The position numbers and the translations under genes are program-made. Shown piece after piece: positions 38,094 to 48,292 of a stretch of DNA of 64,000 bases. The notes under the pieces were generated by a model. It saw only the letters and a list, made by a program, of their open reading frames with translations. It searched no databases and was not told where the DNA came from. The first letter of the stretch is position 1, and each line of letters starts with the position of its first letter. The stretch covers positions 30,490 through 94,489 of the forward strand of contig MPDC01000009.1 in NCBI GenBank assembly GCA_001874255.1. The letters are read 5' to 3'. Origin of the DNA: Alphaproteobacteria bacterium MedPE-SWcel (GTDB lineage: Bacteria > Pseudomonadota > Alphaproteobacteria > Rhodobacterales > Rhodobacteraceae).

Positions 38094-40286
38094 TCAGCCA
38101 GCCTCGTCGATCTCGACGGTCACAGCAGCCGACTGCCCCTCCTTGTCGATCACCACAAACGTGACATGGCCCGGCCCGGGGCTCGGCAGGTTGACACTCC
38201 GGGACCTCAGACCCCGGGCCACCGGTTTTCCATTCGCAAGAACGGTGAAAGGAGAACGACCGCCCCGCAGCTTCAACGCCACCGCCCCCTCCTGCAGCGC
38301 TATTTTCGCCCGATCAGGAGGAAAGACCACCTCTGGCGCCGTGGGTGCATCGCCCAGGAACGCCGTGTCGCGCCCGCGGAACCGCTGCAGCGGCAGCGGG
38401 AGCTCCGCCGAGCCCAAGATCAGGGCATTTGCAGGCGGCGGCGGCAACGGCTCCAATGCGGGCTTCAGAATGGCAAAGGCTTCAAACAACAGCGGCGCCG
38501 CGAGATCCGCTCCGAAGACGCCCGGCACCGGGGTGCCATCCGCGCGCCCGAGCCACACGCCGATCACATGCCGCCCATCCCAGCCCACGGCCCAGGCATC
38601 TCGGTGCCCGTAGGATGTCCCGGTCTTGTAGGGCAAGGCCCCAGCGCGGCTCCCCTGCGGCACCGGCAAGTCCCGCAGAATGTCGCTCAGATACCAGGCC
38701 GCAACCGGTGAAATCACCCGATCGGTGGTCCCTCCTGTCTCAAAAGACGTCCTCAGGACAGGCCCCGATCCCCCGGCCGCCAACACCGCATAAAGCTGGA
38801 CCAGATCGCGCAGACTGACCCCCACGCCCCCAAGGCTCACCGCCAGCCCTGCCTTGCCACCGGGCAAAACGGGCTCCATCCCGGCCCGCCGCATGGCGGC
38901 CATCAGCCGCGACGGACCGAGCGCTTCGGTCAATGTCACAACCGGCGTGTTCAGCGACATCTGCAATGCATCGCGCACCCGCACATCGCCGCGAAACCGG
39001 CCGTCGAAATTCTGTGGCGCATAGCCGCCAAAAGACACCGGCGCATCCGACATCAGCGTATCCGGATGCACCAGACCTTCGTCAAAGGCCAAGGCATAGA
39101 TCAGTGGCTTGAGCGTCGACCCCGGCGAGCGGATTGCCTTGGTCATGTCAATGAAACCACGCCGTGCCGTATCGGTATACTCTGGCGCTCCAAGCTCGGC
39201 GAGGATCTCTCCGCTCCGGTAGTCAGCCACGATCATCGCGGCTCCCAAACGGGGCTCAACCGCCTGCGCCCTCCGCCTCAGGACCGCTTGCAGCCGCTGC
39301 TGAAGGCCAGCATCCAAAGTCACATCGAACCGGCCTTGCGTGGGGGCAAGAGCCCGGAGATGGTCGCCAAGGTGCGGCGCCAGACGCGGGAACGGCTGGC
39401 GTTCCGTCGGCAGCGGTTCACGTTTGGCCCGAGAAGCGACTTCCTCCGTGAGCAGACCGGCGTATAGGCTCCGCGCCAGCACCCGGTCGCGCGCCGTTCG
39501 CGCAGCACTTACCGATAGGTCAGGACGACGGCGTTCCGGAGATTGTGGCAACGCCACGAGCAGGGCGCTTTCGGCCGCTGTCAACCGGTGCGGCTCTTGT
39601 CCGAACCAGGCATGGCTGGCTGCGCGGACCCCTTCGAGATTGCCACCGAACGGGGCATGCGTGAGGTAGAGCGAGAGGATCTCCTCCTTGCTCAGCCGCT
39701 GTTCCAGTGCCAGTGCCACACGCATCTGGCGCAGCTTTCCGGCCAGCCGCCCCGTGGATCCATTCTCCAGCAGCCGTGCGACCTGCATTGTCAGGGTTGA
39801 CCCACCGGACAGTGTGCGCCGATGCCGAAGCGCCTGTCCCGACGCCCGCAGAATTGCCGCTGGATCAATGCCGTTGTGCGCGAAGAATCGCTTGTCCTCA
39901 TAGGCAATCAGCATCTTCAGGTAGGCAGGGTCCACATCGGCAACCCTCGTGCGGAGCCGCCATAGACCATCCTCGACCGGATAGGCCCGCAACAGCCGAC
40001 CATTGCGGTCCCTGACCTCGACCGAGGTGGCCAAAAGCGTGTTTGGCAGGACAGCCGCCCCGACCCAGTGATTGACGGCTTTGCCCCCCAAGACCAGCAG
40101 TATCAAAATGAACAATATCCACGTGCGCCACCGCGACAGGATGTCCCCATCGGAGCGCCCCGCGCTCCGGCCCGACCCTGCGGTCGGGCTGCGCCCGGTC
40201 CCGGCAGGGGCCGGGCGCCCCCGCCCGCGGCGGCACCCTCCCGGACCGGGAACGGGCAGGGAGCGAAATGGCAGGCGGCGTGTCAT
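38094..40286 (-). CDS. pbpC: Penicillin-binding protein 1C (transglycosylase + transpeptidase + C-terminal domain)
   Basis: EDKRF, GGSTLTMQVAR, SPGSTLKP, SLN and KTGTS motifs; ATGA overlap with upstream alpha-2-macroglobulin. Confidence 0.93.
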   Translation of the reverse strand: MTRRLPFRSLPVPGPGGCRRGRGRPAPAGTGRSPTAGSGRSAGRSDGDILSRWRTWILFILILLVLGGKAVNHWVGAAVLPNTLLATSVEVRDRNGRLLRAYPVEDGLWRLRTRVADVDPAYLKMLIAYEDKRFFAHNGIDPAAILRASGQALRHRRTLSGGSTLTMQVARLLENGSTGRLAGKLRQMRVALALEQRLSKEEILSLYLTHAPFGGNLEGVRAASHAWFGQEPHRLTAAESALLVALPQSPERRRPDLSVSAARTARDRVLARSLYAGLLTEEVASRAKREPLPTERQPFPRLAPHLGDHLRALAPTQGRFDVTLDAGLQQRLQAVLRRRAQAVEPRLGAAMIVADYRSGEILAELGAPEYTDTARRGFIDMTKAIRSPGSTLKPLIYALAFDEGLVHPDTLMSDAPVSFGGYAPQNFDGRFRGDVRVRDALQMSLNTPVVTLTEALGPSRLMAAMRRAGMEPVLPGGKAGLAVSLGGVGVSLRDLVQLYAVLAAGGSGPVLRTSFETGGTTDRVISPVAAWYLSDILRDLPVPQGSRAGALPYKTGTSYGHRDAWAVGWDGRHVIGVWLGRADGTPVPGVFGADLAAPLLFEAFAILKPALEPLPPPPANALILGSAELPLPLQRFRGRDTAFLGDAPTAPEVVFPPDRAKIALQEGAVALKLRGGRSPFTVLANGKPVARGLRSRSVNLPSPGPGHVTFVVIDKEGQSAAVTVEIDEAG
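40151..40250. repeat. Array of back-to-back GC-rich hairpins inside the pbpC 5' end
   Basis: CGGAGCGC-CCC-GCGCTCCG; GCCCGACC-CTGC-GGTCGGGC; GCGCCCGGTCCC-GGCA-GGGGCCGGGCGC; CCGCC-CGC-GGCGG. Confidence 0.8.
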
Positions 40287-43200
40287 TCCACCTGCAATCG
40301 GCCAGCGGCTGTATTCGCGCGGTAGGTCGGCCGATACATGTCCTCGACCGAGGCTGCGGGGTGATGAAACATGCCCGGGCTGACGGCGCGAACCATATAG
40401 GCGAGGGTGATGGTCTCGTCACCCGTGCTGGTCACCGCCGCCAGAAACCGGTCGGACCGGAACTCCACGTGATCCGCCTCCCAAAGGGACAACCAATCCA
40501 GATCCCGCAGATCCCCGGAGCGCAGCAAGCTGGGATTATCAATCTCCAGCCCCGCCGGCAGCGGGTCATTCACCATCAGCCGCGCCCCAATATCCTCAAC
40601 CGGGCGCACCCGCAGAACGGCCACCAGACGCGTTCCGACCCTGACCGAAGCCAGATCGACCGGCTCACCCTCTGGCGTGTAGTAGTCCCGGGTCAGCGAA
40701 AACCCATAGCCCCGGGCCACCGGTGCGACCACGGGCACGCCGATCCGCGTCAGGGTGATCTCCGTCCCGCGCCCCGCCCGTGCGGAAATGGATAATTCGC
40801 GCGCATTGGCGCCCTCCATCACCTCGACGAAAGCTCCGGTAACGGGCTGGCCATTGACCAGAAGGCCGGACTCCTCCGGGTGGCTCACCAAGGCCTGCGC
40901 CGCCATCAAGCTCCAGGCCGCTTCCTGGGTCGAGCGGCGACCATCGGTCGCGCTCAGCCGGGCTACAAGCGCGTCCCGGTCGACCGCCAGGCTGCCCGCT
41001 TCAGTGGCCAGAGCCAGCACTGCGGCGCTGTCGCGCAACTGCGTGCCGTAGTCCACGCGCAAGAGCGCTGTTTCGTGCGCCTGTCCCGGCCCTGATTCTT
41101 GCGCGGCGATCATCCGTGCAGCATGCCCGAACATCCCGTCTGCCCGGCGCTGATCGCCATAGGCCGCCAGAGCCGCGCCCAATTGAGCAGCGGCCATGGG
41201 CGTGGAAAATGCATCGGCCTTCACATCGGCGTAGTAGCGCAAATCCCCCATTGCCGCCGCCCCCTCGCGTGCCAGGACAAGCAGGGCATAGGCGATATCC
41301 TCGCCGCCATTGTCAAAATCGGGGGCGTAGTTCAACCGGTTCCGCAGATTGTCCATCGCCCGCGCAAAGGCCTGATCCGGAACGCCGTAGCCCTGCGTTC
41401 GCGCCCGGCTCAGGAAGTCGGACACATAGGCATCCAGCCACAGGTCACCGCTCTCGGCGCGCCAGAGCCCAAAGGCGCCGTTGGCCGCCTGCCGCGTCAG
41501 AACCTTGCGAATGGCATCGTCGATCCGCGCATCGACCCGAGGGCCGCCACCCAGGCCTGCGGCCTCTGCCACCGACGACAGATACAAGAGCGGCATCGCC
41601 TTGGATGTGACCTGCTCGGTGCAGCCATAGGGGTAGCCATCAAGCTGGCTGAGCAGCCCCGGAACGTCAAACTGCGCCAGAGGACCGGCCGACATCACCG
41701 CCCGCGCACTGCCGGAGCGCAGCCCGTCAAATACATCCGCGCCAAAGTGAAAGCTATCCCCACCCGCGAGCGAAAAACGGCGCGTCTCGGACACTTCGGG
41801 ATCATTGGCCCGCACCGGCAGACGCAGGATCTGATGCAGCGCCTTTCCCCCCGGCGGCGTCACCGTCAACCGCACCTCAGGATCGCCCAGCGCGGTTGCG
41901 CTGACGGGAAGGTCCAGCATCACACGGCCCTGCTCTGCGAGAGTAACGAACGCCGGCAGTTCGCCAAGATCAAGGCCCGCACCGACGACTTCGGCCAGCA
42001 GTTCAACCTCACCCGCCGGGCCGTCAGCATGGGTGATCTCCAGCCGGATGCGACTGCGGTCTCCCGGCGCCAGAAAGCGCGGAAGCGACGCCGTGACCAC
42101 CACCGGATCGCGTATGATCATATCCGCTTCAGCCTGCCCTATCGATCGGTCAGACCATGCGACAGCCATCAGCCGAACGGTGCCGTTGAAGTCCGGCACG
42201 GCAACAGGCACCACCGCATGACCCTCCGCGTCCAGCCGCACAGGGCCACGAAACACCGCCATCAGGTCCTGCGTCGGGGGCGGAGACTGGAATTGCGCGC
42301 CCAGACCGGCATCGCCACCGGAACGCACACGGCCCAGCGCGCCATTGCCCGGATCAATCAATCGCCCGTACAGGTCCCGCACCTCCATTCCCAGTCGCCG
42401 TTGCCCATGGAAATACCCCACGGGATCAGGGCTTGTGAAACCGGTCAGGTTCAAAATGCCCACGTCCACAGCGGCCAGGGTCAACCAGATCTCATCACCC
42501 GGCAGAGCCCCGTTGACCTGCACGGCTGCATCGATGGTCTGACGCGGGCGCGCCACTTCTGGTACGTCAATGGCAACGGTCAGCTCCTGTCCGGGCTGCA
42601 CCACGGTCGCATGGGCAATGCCCAGCGCGCGCACGGGCGTCCGCTCCTCGCGATCGACAGCGCGATCGACGGCCGGTTGAAGGACCGACGCGGTGACATA
42701 GGCGCCGCTGCCCCAGTCGGAACTGACCGCCAGCGGGATCACATTTTCCCCCGCCGTGACCTCGACCGCCTGACGGTCGATCAGCCTACTGCCGATCACC
42801 GAGATCAACGCAGTGCCCGGTGCCTGCGCCACGATCCGCAACCGCGCAGTATCGCCGGGACCGTAGGCATCGGCGTCCAGCGACAGCTCCAGCCGGTCCG
42901 GCGTTGCCGCATCTGATGCGGGCATATACCAGCCCGCATAGAAATCCTGCGCGGCGGTCACATAGTCCCCGTCGAGCCGTTCGACCACCAGCTCGTAGCG
43001 GCCCCACTCCACGGGCGCTGCGACAGATAGCGGATCCTGACCCAACAGAGCCTGCCCGCTGGCAATGCGTTCGCGCCGCGTGATCGGCTCCCACTCCCAG
43101 TTGCCATAGAGCTGATACCACTGGTAGCGGGTCTCGACGCGGTTCAGCACCCATTGCACCTGCATCGGCGTCGGTGACAAATCAGCGTCGAGTGCAATCA

Positions 43201-45760
43201 GATCGAAACCAGCTTCGGTGCCTTCGGCCACCACATCGTCGGCAAAACGCGGCTTTATGCCAATCACCGGAGTGGCCGGGCGCAGTGGGGCCGTCAGCTC
43301 GCGCTCGACCGGCCGGGCAGAGCCATCAGACAGCCGGGTGCGCAGCCGTGCCTCCAGCGGCAAGCCTTCGGTTTCGATGTCAGGCAGATCGCCGACGGCC
43401 AGAGCCTGACCTTTTGCATCGGTGTCTTCGGCGCTGAAATACCGGGTCTGACGAATGACCTCGGCGTCATAGCGGCCAAAGCGGTACCCCGGCCAATCTG
43501 CAAGGCGACGTACAGGCTGCACCGACACGTCACCTTCGATCGCCAACCCGGCCCCCGGCGCGCCAAACAGGAAGCGCGCCTCTATATCGACAAGAATCTG
43601 ACCGCCCGGGCGCAGCCGTGCCGGGTCCCGGATTGCCTGTTCGAAATCAATACGCTCCGGCAGGAAATCCTCGACCAATACGGTTTCCCGGCTCAACGGA
43701 TCAGCTGTGGGATCGGCATAGATTTCCACCGCCCAGGATCCACGCGGCGCGCTGTCGCCCACAGGCAGCGCAAAGACATGCCCCCCGGCCTGTCCCCCAT
43801 CCGAGACATGGCGCGAATATTCTACCCCATCGGGCCGTTTCAAAATCGCAATCAACGGCAGCTCTGTGATCGCCTGCGCCCGTGTGTCGCGTGCAAGGGC
43901 CGTGGCATGGATTGTTTCTCCGGCGCGATAAGCCCCGCGGTCTGTGGTCAGGAACACATCCACCGGGCCGGGTGCGACGCGGCCTTCGACCCCACGATCA
44001 GACAAATCAAACCCGGCATCCCGCAGGGACAAAAAGGCAAAATCCTCCTCTGCAGCCCGAACAACGAGCATCGCCGGCACAGCACTGCCCCGGCCGCGCG
44101 TCAAGCCCGGGGCGAAATGCGCATAGCCCGTTGCATCGGTCACGGACCGGGAAATCACCGCGTTGGCCTCGGATATCAGCTCCACCGTGATACCGGCCCG
44201 CGGCTTGGCATCCGATAACCCCATGACCTGCACATGCAGCCCATCCGCACCGGCCATCGAGCTCACCCCCAGATCCGTCAGGATGAACCATTGCATTGCC
44301 GCCGGATCGTCATAGGGATCGGCGCCAGGAATCGCCGCGCTGAGGGCATAGATCCCGACCGGCTGATCCCGCAGCACATCGTCGAGCGGCAACCGGGTGG
44401 TCACATCGCGGTTCAGATCCTGTACCACATCGGCGGTTCCGGACCACAGGTCTTCGGCCATCGTCTCGTCAAAGCTCTCGCTCTGCCAATAGCTGAGCGG
44501 GCGTGCGAAATAATCTTCCTGCATGCTGCGCAGAAGATTGCGGTCGCTGATGCGGAACAGTTTCAGGTCGAGCGCATCGGTGTTGACCGTTTCCACCGGC
44601 AGCGCGGTAATCGCGCTGCGTGCGAGCACATAGGCCCGGCCGGGAAACCGCACCGAAGGGCTGCGGTCGCGGATATACTGGCTGAGGCTCACATCCTTGA
44701 TCAGGGTTTCTCCGCTTTCGGCAGGCAGGCCCCGGCGCAGGGTCAGACGCAGGTGCTGACCATGATCCAGCCCGGACAAACACAGCTCGCGCCCGTTGGC
44801 TTCTGTCGCCAGACCGGTGACATCGGATTTCAGATAATCGCCATAGGTGACATCGGTTCTGGCCAGCTCTTCGGAGAATTCAATGCAGAGCCGTGGCTCC
44901 GCGCCGTCGGCCTCAACCCGGGTGTCGCTGACGCGAAAACCGTATTTGGCAATCGCCGCATCCAACATAACGGAAGTGTCGTGACGCGGCGCGATCTCTT
45001 CTGCAACCCGCAACAGGGAAATCATGTCACGGCCCCGGTTCAGCTTCTCCAAGAGCTGCGCCGCCTCGGCAAGCGCCGTCACCTGCAAGCCCGGTGCATC
45101 CGCCCGCAGATATCCGTTCAGGGACGCCGCCAGCCCCTCGGCGAAATTGCGCCGGGTTTCGCTGTCCGAAGATGCTGGCACGGCGGCAATGAACCGCGCG
45201 TATTCCACCCAAAGATCAGCCGCGTCACTCAGGGCCACCGCCTCGCCCATCCAACGTGCGGCCATGGTCGCATTGTCGCCCGCGAACAATTTCCGCGCCT
45301 CATCGATCAACACGTCGAGGCTCCGACCGCTCAGCCGGTAGCGTGTGCCAATGTCGGCCGCCAGGTTGCGCGCTGCATCAATATCCGATGCGGTGAGGCC
45401 CTCCAATCGCGCCTTGCGTTCGATCGCACGCAAGGCAAGCCTTGGGTCAGGCTGCAGTTTTCGCAGGGTCAGCGCCCCTGCGAACGGCGAAGGGTCGCGC
45501 AGCTCCGATTTTGGGAAACACGCATTGGACTTCACGTTGTAGACAAGCCCGACACAGGCCACCTGAGAGCGGCAGGCCCGCTGACAGGCCTGTAGCGAGG
45601 TGTCGAATATCGCCTGAAGGTCCGCCCCGAAATGATCCGTATCCGGTTGAGTGACAAAGCGGGCATCCGGCAGGACCTCTGGTGTGTCATCGGCTGCGTT
45701 CACCAGAGGAGCGAAAATAAGTGAAAAAATAAATGTGAATGAAATCAACAGCTGCCGCAT
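40283..45760 (-). CDS. Bacterial alpha-2-macroglobulin (YfhM/MG2 family) with N-terminal PAN/Apple-like domain
   Basis: About 1825 aa with signal peptide; thioester motif YPYGCTEQ; C-terminal YMVRAVSPG...VEDMYRP; N-terminal Cys pattern CQRAC...C...YN....C; paired with pbpC. Confidence 0.93.
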   Translation of the reverse strand: MRQLLISFTFIFSLIFAPLVNAADDTPEVLPDARFVTQPDTDHFGADLQAIFDTSLQACQRACRSQVACVGLVYNVKSNACFPKSELRDPSPFAGALTLRKLQPDPRLALRAIERKARLEGLTASDIDAARNLAADIGTRYRLSGRSLDVLIDEARKLFAGDNATMAARWMGEAVALSDAADLWVEYARFIAAVPASSDSETRRNFAEGLAASLNGYLRADAPGLQVTALAEAAQLLEKLNRGRDMISLLRVAEEIAPRHDTSVMLDAAIAKYGFRVSDTRVEADGAEPRLCIEFSEELARTDVTYGDYLKSDVTGLATEANGRELCLSGLDHGQHLRLTLRRGLPAESGETLIKDVSLSQYIRDRSPSVRFPGRAYVLARSAITALPVETVNTDALDLKLFRISDRNLLRSMQEDYFARPLSYWQSESFDETMAEDLWSGTADVVQDLNRDVTTRLPLDDVLRDQPVGIYALSAAIPGADPYDDPAAMQWFILTDLGVSSMAGADGLHVQVMGLSDAKPRAGITVELISEANAVISRSVTDATGYAHFAPGLTRGRGSAVPAMLVVRAAEEDFAFLSLRDAGFDLSDRGVEGRVAPGPVDVFLTTDRGAYRAGETIHATALARDTRAQAITELPLIAILKRPDGVEYSRHVSDGGQAGGHVFALPVGDSAPRGSWAVEIYADPTADPLSRETVLVEDFLPERIDFEQAIRDPARLRPGGQILVDIEARFLFGAPGAGLAIEGDVSVQPVRRLADWPGYRFGRYDAEVIRQTRYFSAEDTDAKGQALAVGDLPDIETEGLPLEARLRTRLSDGSARPVERELTAPLRPATPVIGIKPRFADDVVAEGTEAGFDLIALDADLSPTPMQVQWVLNRVETRYQWYQLYGNWEWEPITRRERIASGQALLGQDPLSVAAPVEWGRYELVVERLDGDYVTAAQDFYAGWYMPASDAATPDRLELSLDADAYGPGDTARLRIVAQAPGTALISVIGSRLIDRQAVEVTAGENVIPLAVSSDWGSGAYVTASVLQPAVDRAVDREERTPVRALGIAHATVVQPGQELTVAIDVPEVARPRQTIDAAVQVNGALPGDEIWLTLAAVDVGILNLTGFTSPDPVGYFHGQRRLGMEVRDLYGRLIDPGNGALGRVRSGGDAGLGAQFQSPPPTQDLMAVFRGPVRLDAEGHAVVPVAVPDFNGTVRLMAVAWSDRSIGQAEADMIIRDPVVVTASLPRFLAPGDRSRIRLEITHADGPAGEVELLAEVVGAGLDLGELPAFVTLAEQGRVMLDLPVSATALGDPEVRLTVTPPGGKALHQILRLPVRANDPEVSETRRFSLAGGDSFHFGADVFDGLRSGSARAVMSAGPLAQFDVPGLLSQLDGYPYGCTEQVTSKAMPLLYLSSVAEAAGLGGGPRVDARIDDAIRKVLTRQAANGAFGLWRAESGDLWLDAYVSDFLSRARTQGYGVPDQAFARAMDNLRNRLNYAPDFDNGGEDIAYALLVLAREGAAAMGDLRYYADVKADAFSTPMAAAQLGAALAAYGDQRRADGMFGHAARMIAAQESGPGQAHETALLRVDYGTQLRDSAAVLALATEAGSLAVDRDALVARLSATDGRRSTQEAAWSLMAAQALVSHPEESGLLVNGQPVTGAFVEVMEGANARELSISARAGRGTEITLTRIGVPVVAPVARGYGFSLTRDYYTPEGEPVDLASVRVGTRLVAVLRVRPVEDIGARLMVNDPLPAGLEIDNPSLLRSGDLRDLDWLSLWEADHVEFRSDRFLAAVTSTGDETITLAYMVRAVSPGMFHHPAASVEDMYRPTYRANTAAGRLQVE

Positions 45761-45798
45761 GGAATCCTCCCTGACACTGCCGAAAGGCTGGCACGCAC

Positions 45799-45851
45799 TT
45801 AACCTCATAGCAAGGACCGGCGTCTTAACAGCGACGCTAAAGCCAAATTAA
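45799..45851. promoter_or_regulatory. Putative CtrA-binding sites
   Basis: CTAA-N7-TTAA at 45837-45851 (1 mismatch to TTAA-N7-TTAA) plus TTAAC half-sites at 45799 and 45825. Confidence 0.45.
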
Positions 45852-45912
45852 GAATTGCCTGCAAAAGTGTGGCTACAGGTGTGGATGACGAAAAAAGCTG
45901 GAGTTGGCGCGA

Positions 45913-48174
45913 ATGTCGCTTGCTGAAAAACTGGCACAGGAGCGCAGGGCCCGGCTGGCGGCAGAGCGTCTTCTGGAGCTCAAACAAGCAGAGTTGACCG
46001 ATGCGAACCGCAAGCTCGGTCGGCATGCCCTTGCGCTGACCAAACGGATCGGCGCCACGCAGGCGGAAATAGCCACCTTTCGCAATGAGAATGAAAAGGT
46101 CAAAAGCGACCTGAACACCGCGAACGAAAAGGTCGAACAGGCCGAGCGGCGTCTTTGGCACTCCATACAGGCCTTTCAGGACGGCTTTGCGTTTTTTGAC
46201 AGCAACAGCAAGTTGATAGGGGCCAATACCGCCTATCTGAATATCTTTGAAGGCGTCGAAGAGGTCGCTCCGGGCGTCTCCTATGTCCGCATCCTTCAGA
46301 TCCTCACCGACGAGGGATTGATCGACACCGAGGAGCTGTCCGCTGATGCCTGGCGCGCGATGATGACCGAACGCTGGATGTCACCCGCGCCCGAAGCCAC
46401 GGTGATCAGACTGTGGAACGACCGCTACGTCAAACTGATCGACCAACGCGGGTTTGATGGCGACATCGTCAGTCTGGCCCTCGATATCACCGCAACTGTG
46501 CATTACGAGGAAGAGCTGCGCACAGCCCGGGAACGTGCCGAAGCCGCGAACCGCGCAAAGTCGGCTTTTCTGGCCAATATGAGCCACGAGATTCGCACCC
46601 CCATGAACGGTGTCGTCGGCATGGCTGAGCTGTTGAATGACACCTCGCTGACCGAGGAACAGCGCCTCTACGCCGGCACGATCAAAAACTCGGGCGAAGC
46701 GCTGCTGGTGATCATCAATGACGTGCTCGACTATTCCAAGATCGAGGCGGAAAAACTGGTTCTGAACCCTGAAACTTTCGACCTCGAAGCCTGCATGCAC
46801 GAGGTTGTCATGCTGCTGCAGGCAAACGCCCGTGACAAGGGGCTGACCCTGCTGGTGGACTACGATCTTTTCATGCCCACCAATTTCATCGGCGATCCGG
46901 GGCGCATCCGCCAGATCCTGACAAACCTGATCGGAAACGCGGTCAAATTCACCAACCAGGGCCACGTCACCGCACGTGTCACCGGCGTGCCGCATCCGGA
47001 AGACAATACCGTGATGCTTCACATCGCCATCGAAGATACCGGAATTGGTATCCCGGAGGAAAAGATCAAGCATATCTTCGGCGAGTTCAATCAGGTTGAA
47101 GATGCCACCAATCGTGAGTTTGAGGGCACCGGACTTGGTCTCGCGATCACGGAACGGCTGATCAAGATGATGGATGGCGAGATCTGGGTCGAAAGTGATT
47201 TCGGGGCCGGATCCTGTTTTGGATTCCGATTGCCGTTGGTGGTCGCAGATGGCAACAAAGTCAGCGCACCGGACATGCCGCAGAACCTGCGCCATGTGAT
47301 GATCGTTGACGACATGCAAATCAACCGCGAGATTCTGAACCGCCAATTGCAGCGGCTCGGGCTTCAGGTGACGCCGGTCTCCAGTGGGGCCGAAGCACTC
47401 GAACATATGTCAGAAGACATCGATCTGGTGGTCACAGACCGGAACCTGCCGGGTATGGACGGCGTGAAACTTGCGCGCAGCCTGCGCCATGACTGGCAGG
47501 ATGTCCCGGTCCTGCTGTTATCGTCGGATCCGGCCGACATGCGCGACTTGTCCATTCAGGATATCTTCGCAGGTGTGTTGCAAAAACCGCTGCCGCGCGG
47601 CGCCCTGTTTTCCGCGCTTTCCTCTCTGGGCAAACCGGAGCTCGCCCTCCCCGCCACGGGTCCCGATACCGGCGAGGCGGCCGCGGTTGCGCCGGAGCCG
47701 TCGGCGGAGTGTCCGGCTTCGGACCAACAGGACGGCTCGCATTTGCCGCGCATGCGTGTGATGGCCGCCGAGGACAACCGCACGAACCAGCTTGTGTTTC
47801 GCAAGATGGTCAAGGACCTGAACATTGACCTGCGTTTTGCGAACAACGGTCAAGAGGCCGTTGACCTCTACCAAAGCTTCTTACCGGATCTGATATTCAT
47901 GGATATTTCCATGCCCAAGATGGACGGCAAGGAAGCCACTGGAGTCATTCGGGAATTGGAAAAAACGGCGCCATCACGCGTGCAGATTGTCGCCCTGACC
48001 GCCCATGCGATGGATGGGGATTCCGAAGGAATCCTCGCTGCAGGCCTGGACGATTATCTGACCAAGCCGCTGCGAAAAGGGCTCATTCACGAGCGGATCA
48101 TGAACAATCTGCCGTCTGGCGCCGCGCCGCTGGTGATCGAACGCGACAGTAGTGATCTGCGCGCAACCGCCTGA
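45913..48174 (+). CDS. Cytoplasmic hybrid sensor histidine kinase (coiled coil, PAS-like, HisKA, HATPase, two REC domains)
   Basis: H-box FLANMSHEIRTPMNG, NLIGNAVKFT, DTGIGI, GTGLGLAI; REC domains VTDRNLPGMDG and FMDISMPKMDG; no TM segment. Confidence 0.93.
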   Translation: MSLAEKLAQERRARLAAERLLELKQAELTDANRKLGRHALALTKRIGATQAEIATFRNENEKVKSDLNTANEKVEQAERRLWHSIQAFQDGFAFFDSNSKLIGANTAYLNIFEGVEEVAPGVSYVRILQILTDEGLIDTEELSADAWRAMMTERWMSPAPEATVIRLWNDRYVKLIDQRGFDGDIVSLALDITATVHYEEELRTARERAEAANRAKSAFLANMSHEIRTPMNGVVGMAELLNDTSLTEEQRLYAGTIKNSGEALLVIINDVLDYSKIEAEKLVLNPETFDLEACMHEVVMLLQANARDKGLTLLVDYDLFMPTNFIGDPGRIRQILTNLIGNAVKFTNQGHVTARVTGVPHPEDNTVMLHIAIEDTGIGIPEEKIKHIFGEFNQVEDATNREFEGTGLGLAITERLIKMMDGEIWVESDFGAGSCFGFRLPLVVADGNKVSAPDMPQNLRHVMIVDDMQINREILNRQLQRLGLQVTPVSSGAEALEHMSEDIDLVVTDRNLPGMDGVKLARSLRHDWQDVPVLLLSSDPADMRDLSIQDIFAGVLQKPLPRGALFSALSSLGKPELALPATGPDTGEAAAVAPEPSAECPASDQQDGSHLPRMRVMAAEDNRTNQLVFRKMVKDLNIDLRFANNGQEAVDLYQSFLPDLIFMDISMPKMDGKEATGVIRELEKTAPSRVQIVALTAHAMDGDSEGILAAGLDDYLTKPLRKGLIHERIMNNLPSGAAPLVIERDSSDLRATA

Positions 48175-48244
48175 GGGGCCGGGTCAAGACGGTTCCGTGG
48201 GCTGTGAAACTGCGTCCCTCTCCGGAGGCCTCGTGGCCGGGTAT

Positions 48245-48292
48245 GATTGGCCCTGGGTACGAATGGCCCTGTGAACGAATGACCCTGTGAAC
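48245..48292. repeat. Tandem array 3 x 16 bp (GAATGGCCCTGTGAAC-like)
   Basis: GATTGGCCCTGGGTAC / GAATGGCCCTGTGAAC / GAATGACCCTGTGAAC. Confidence 0.8.
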
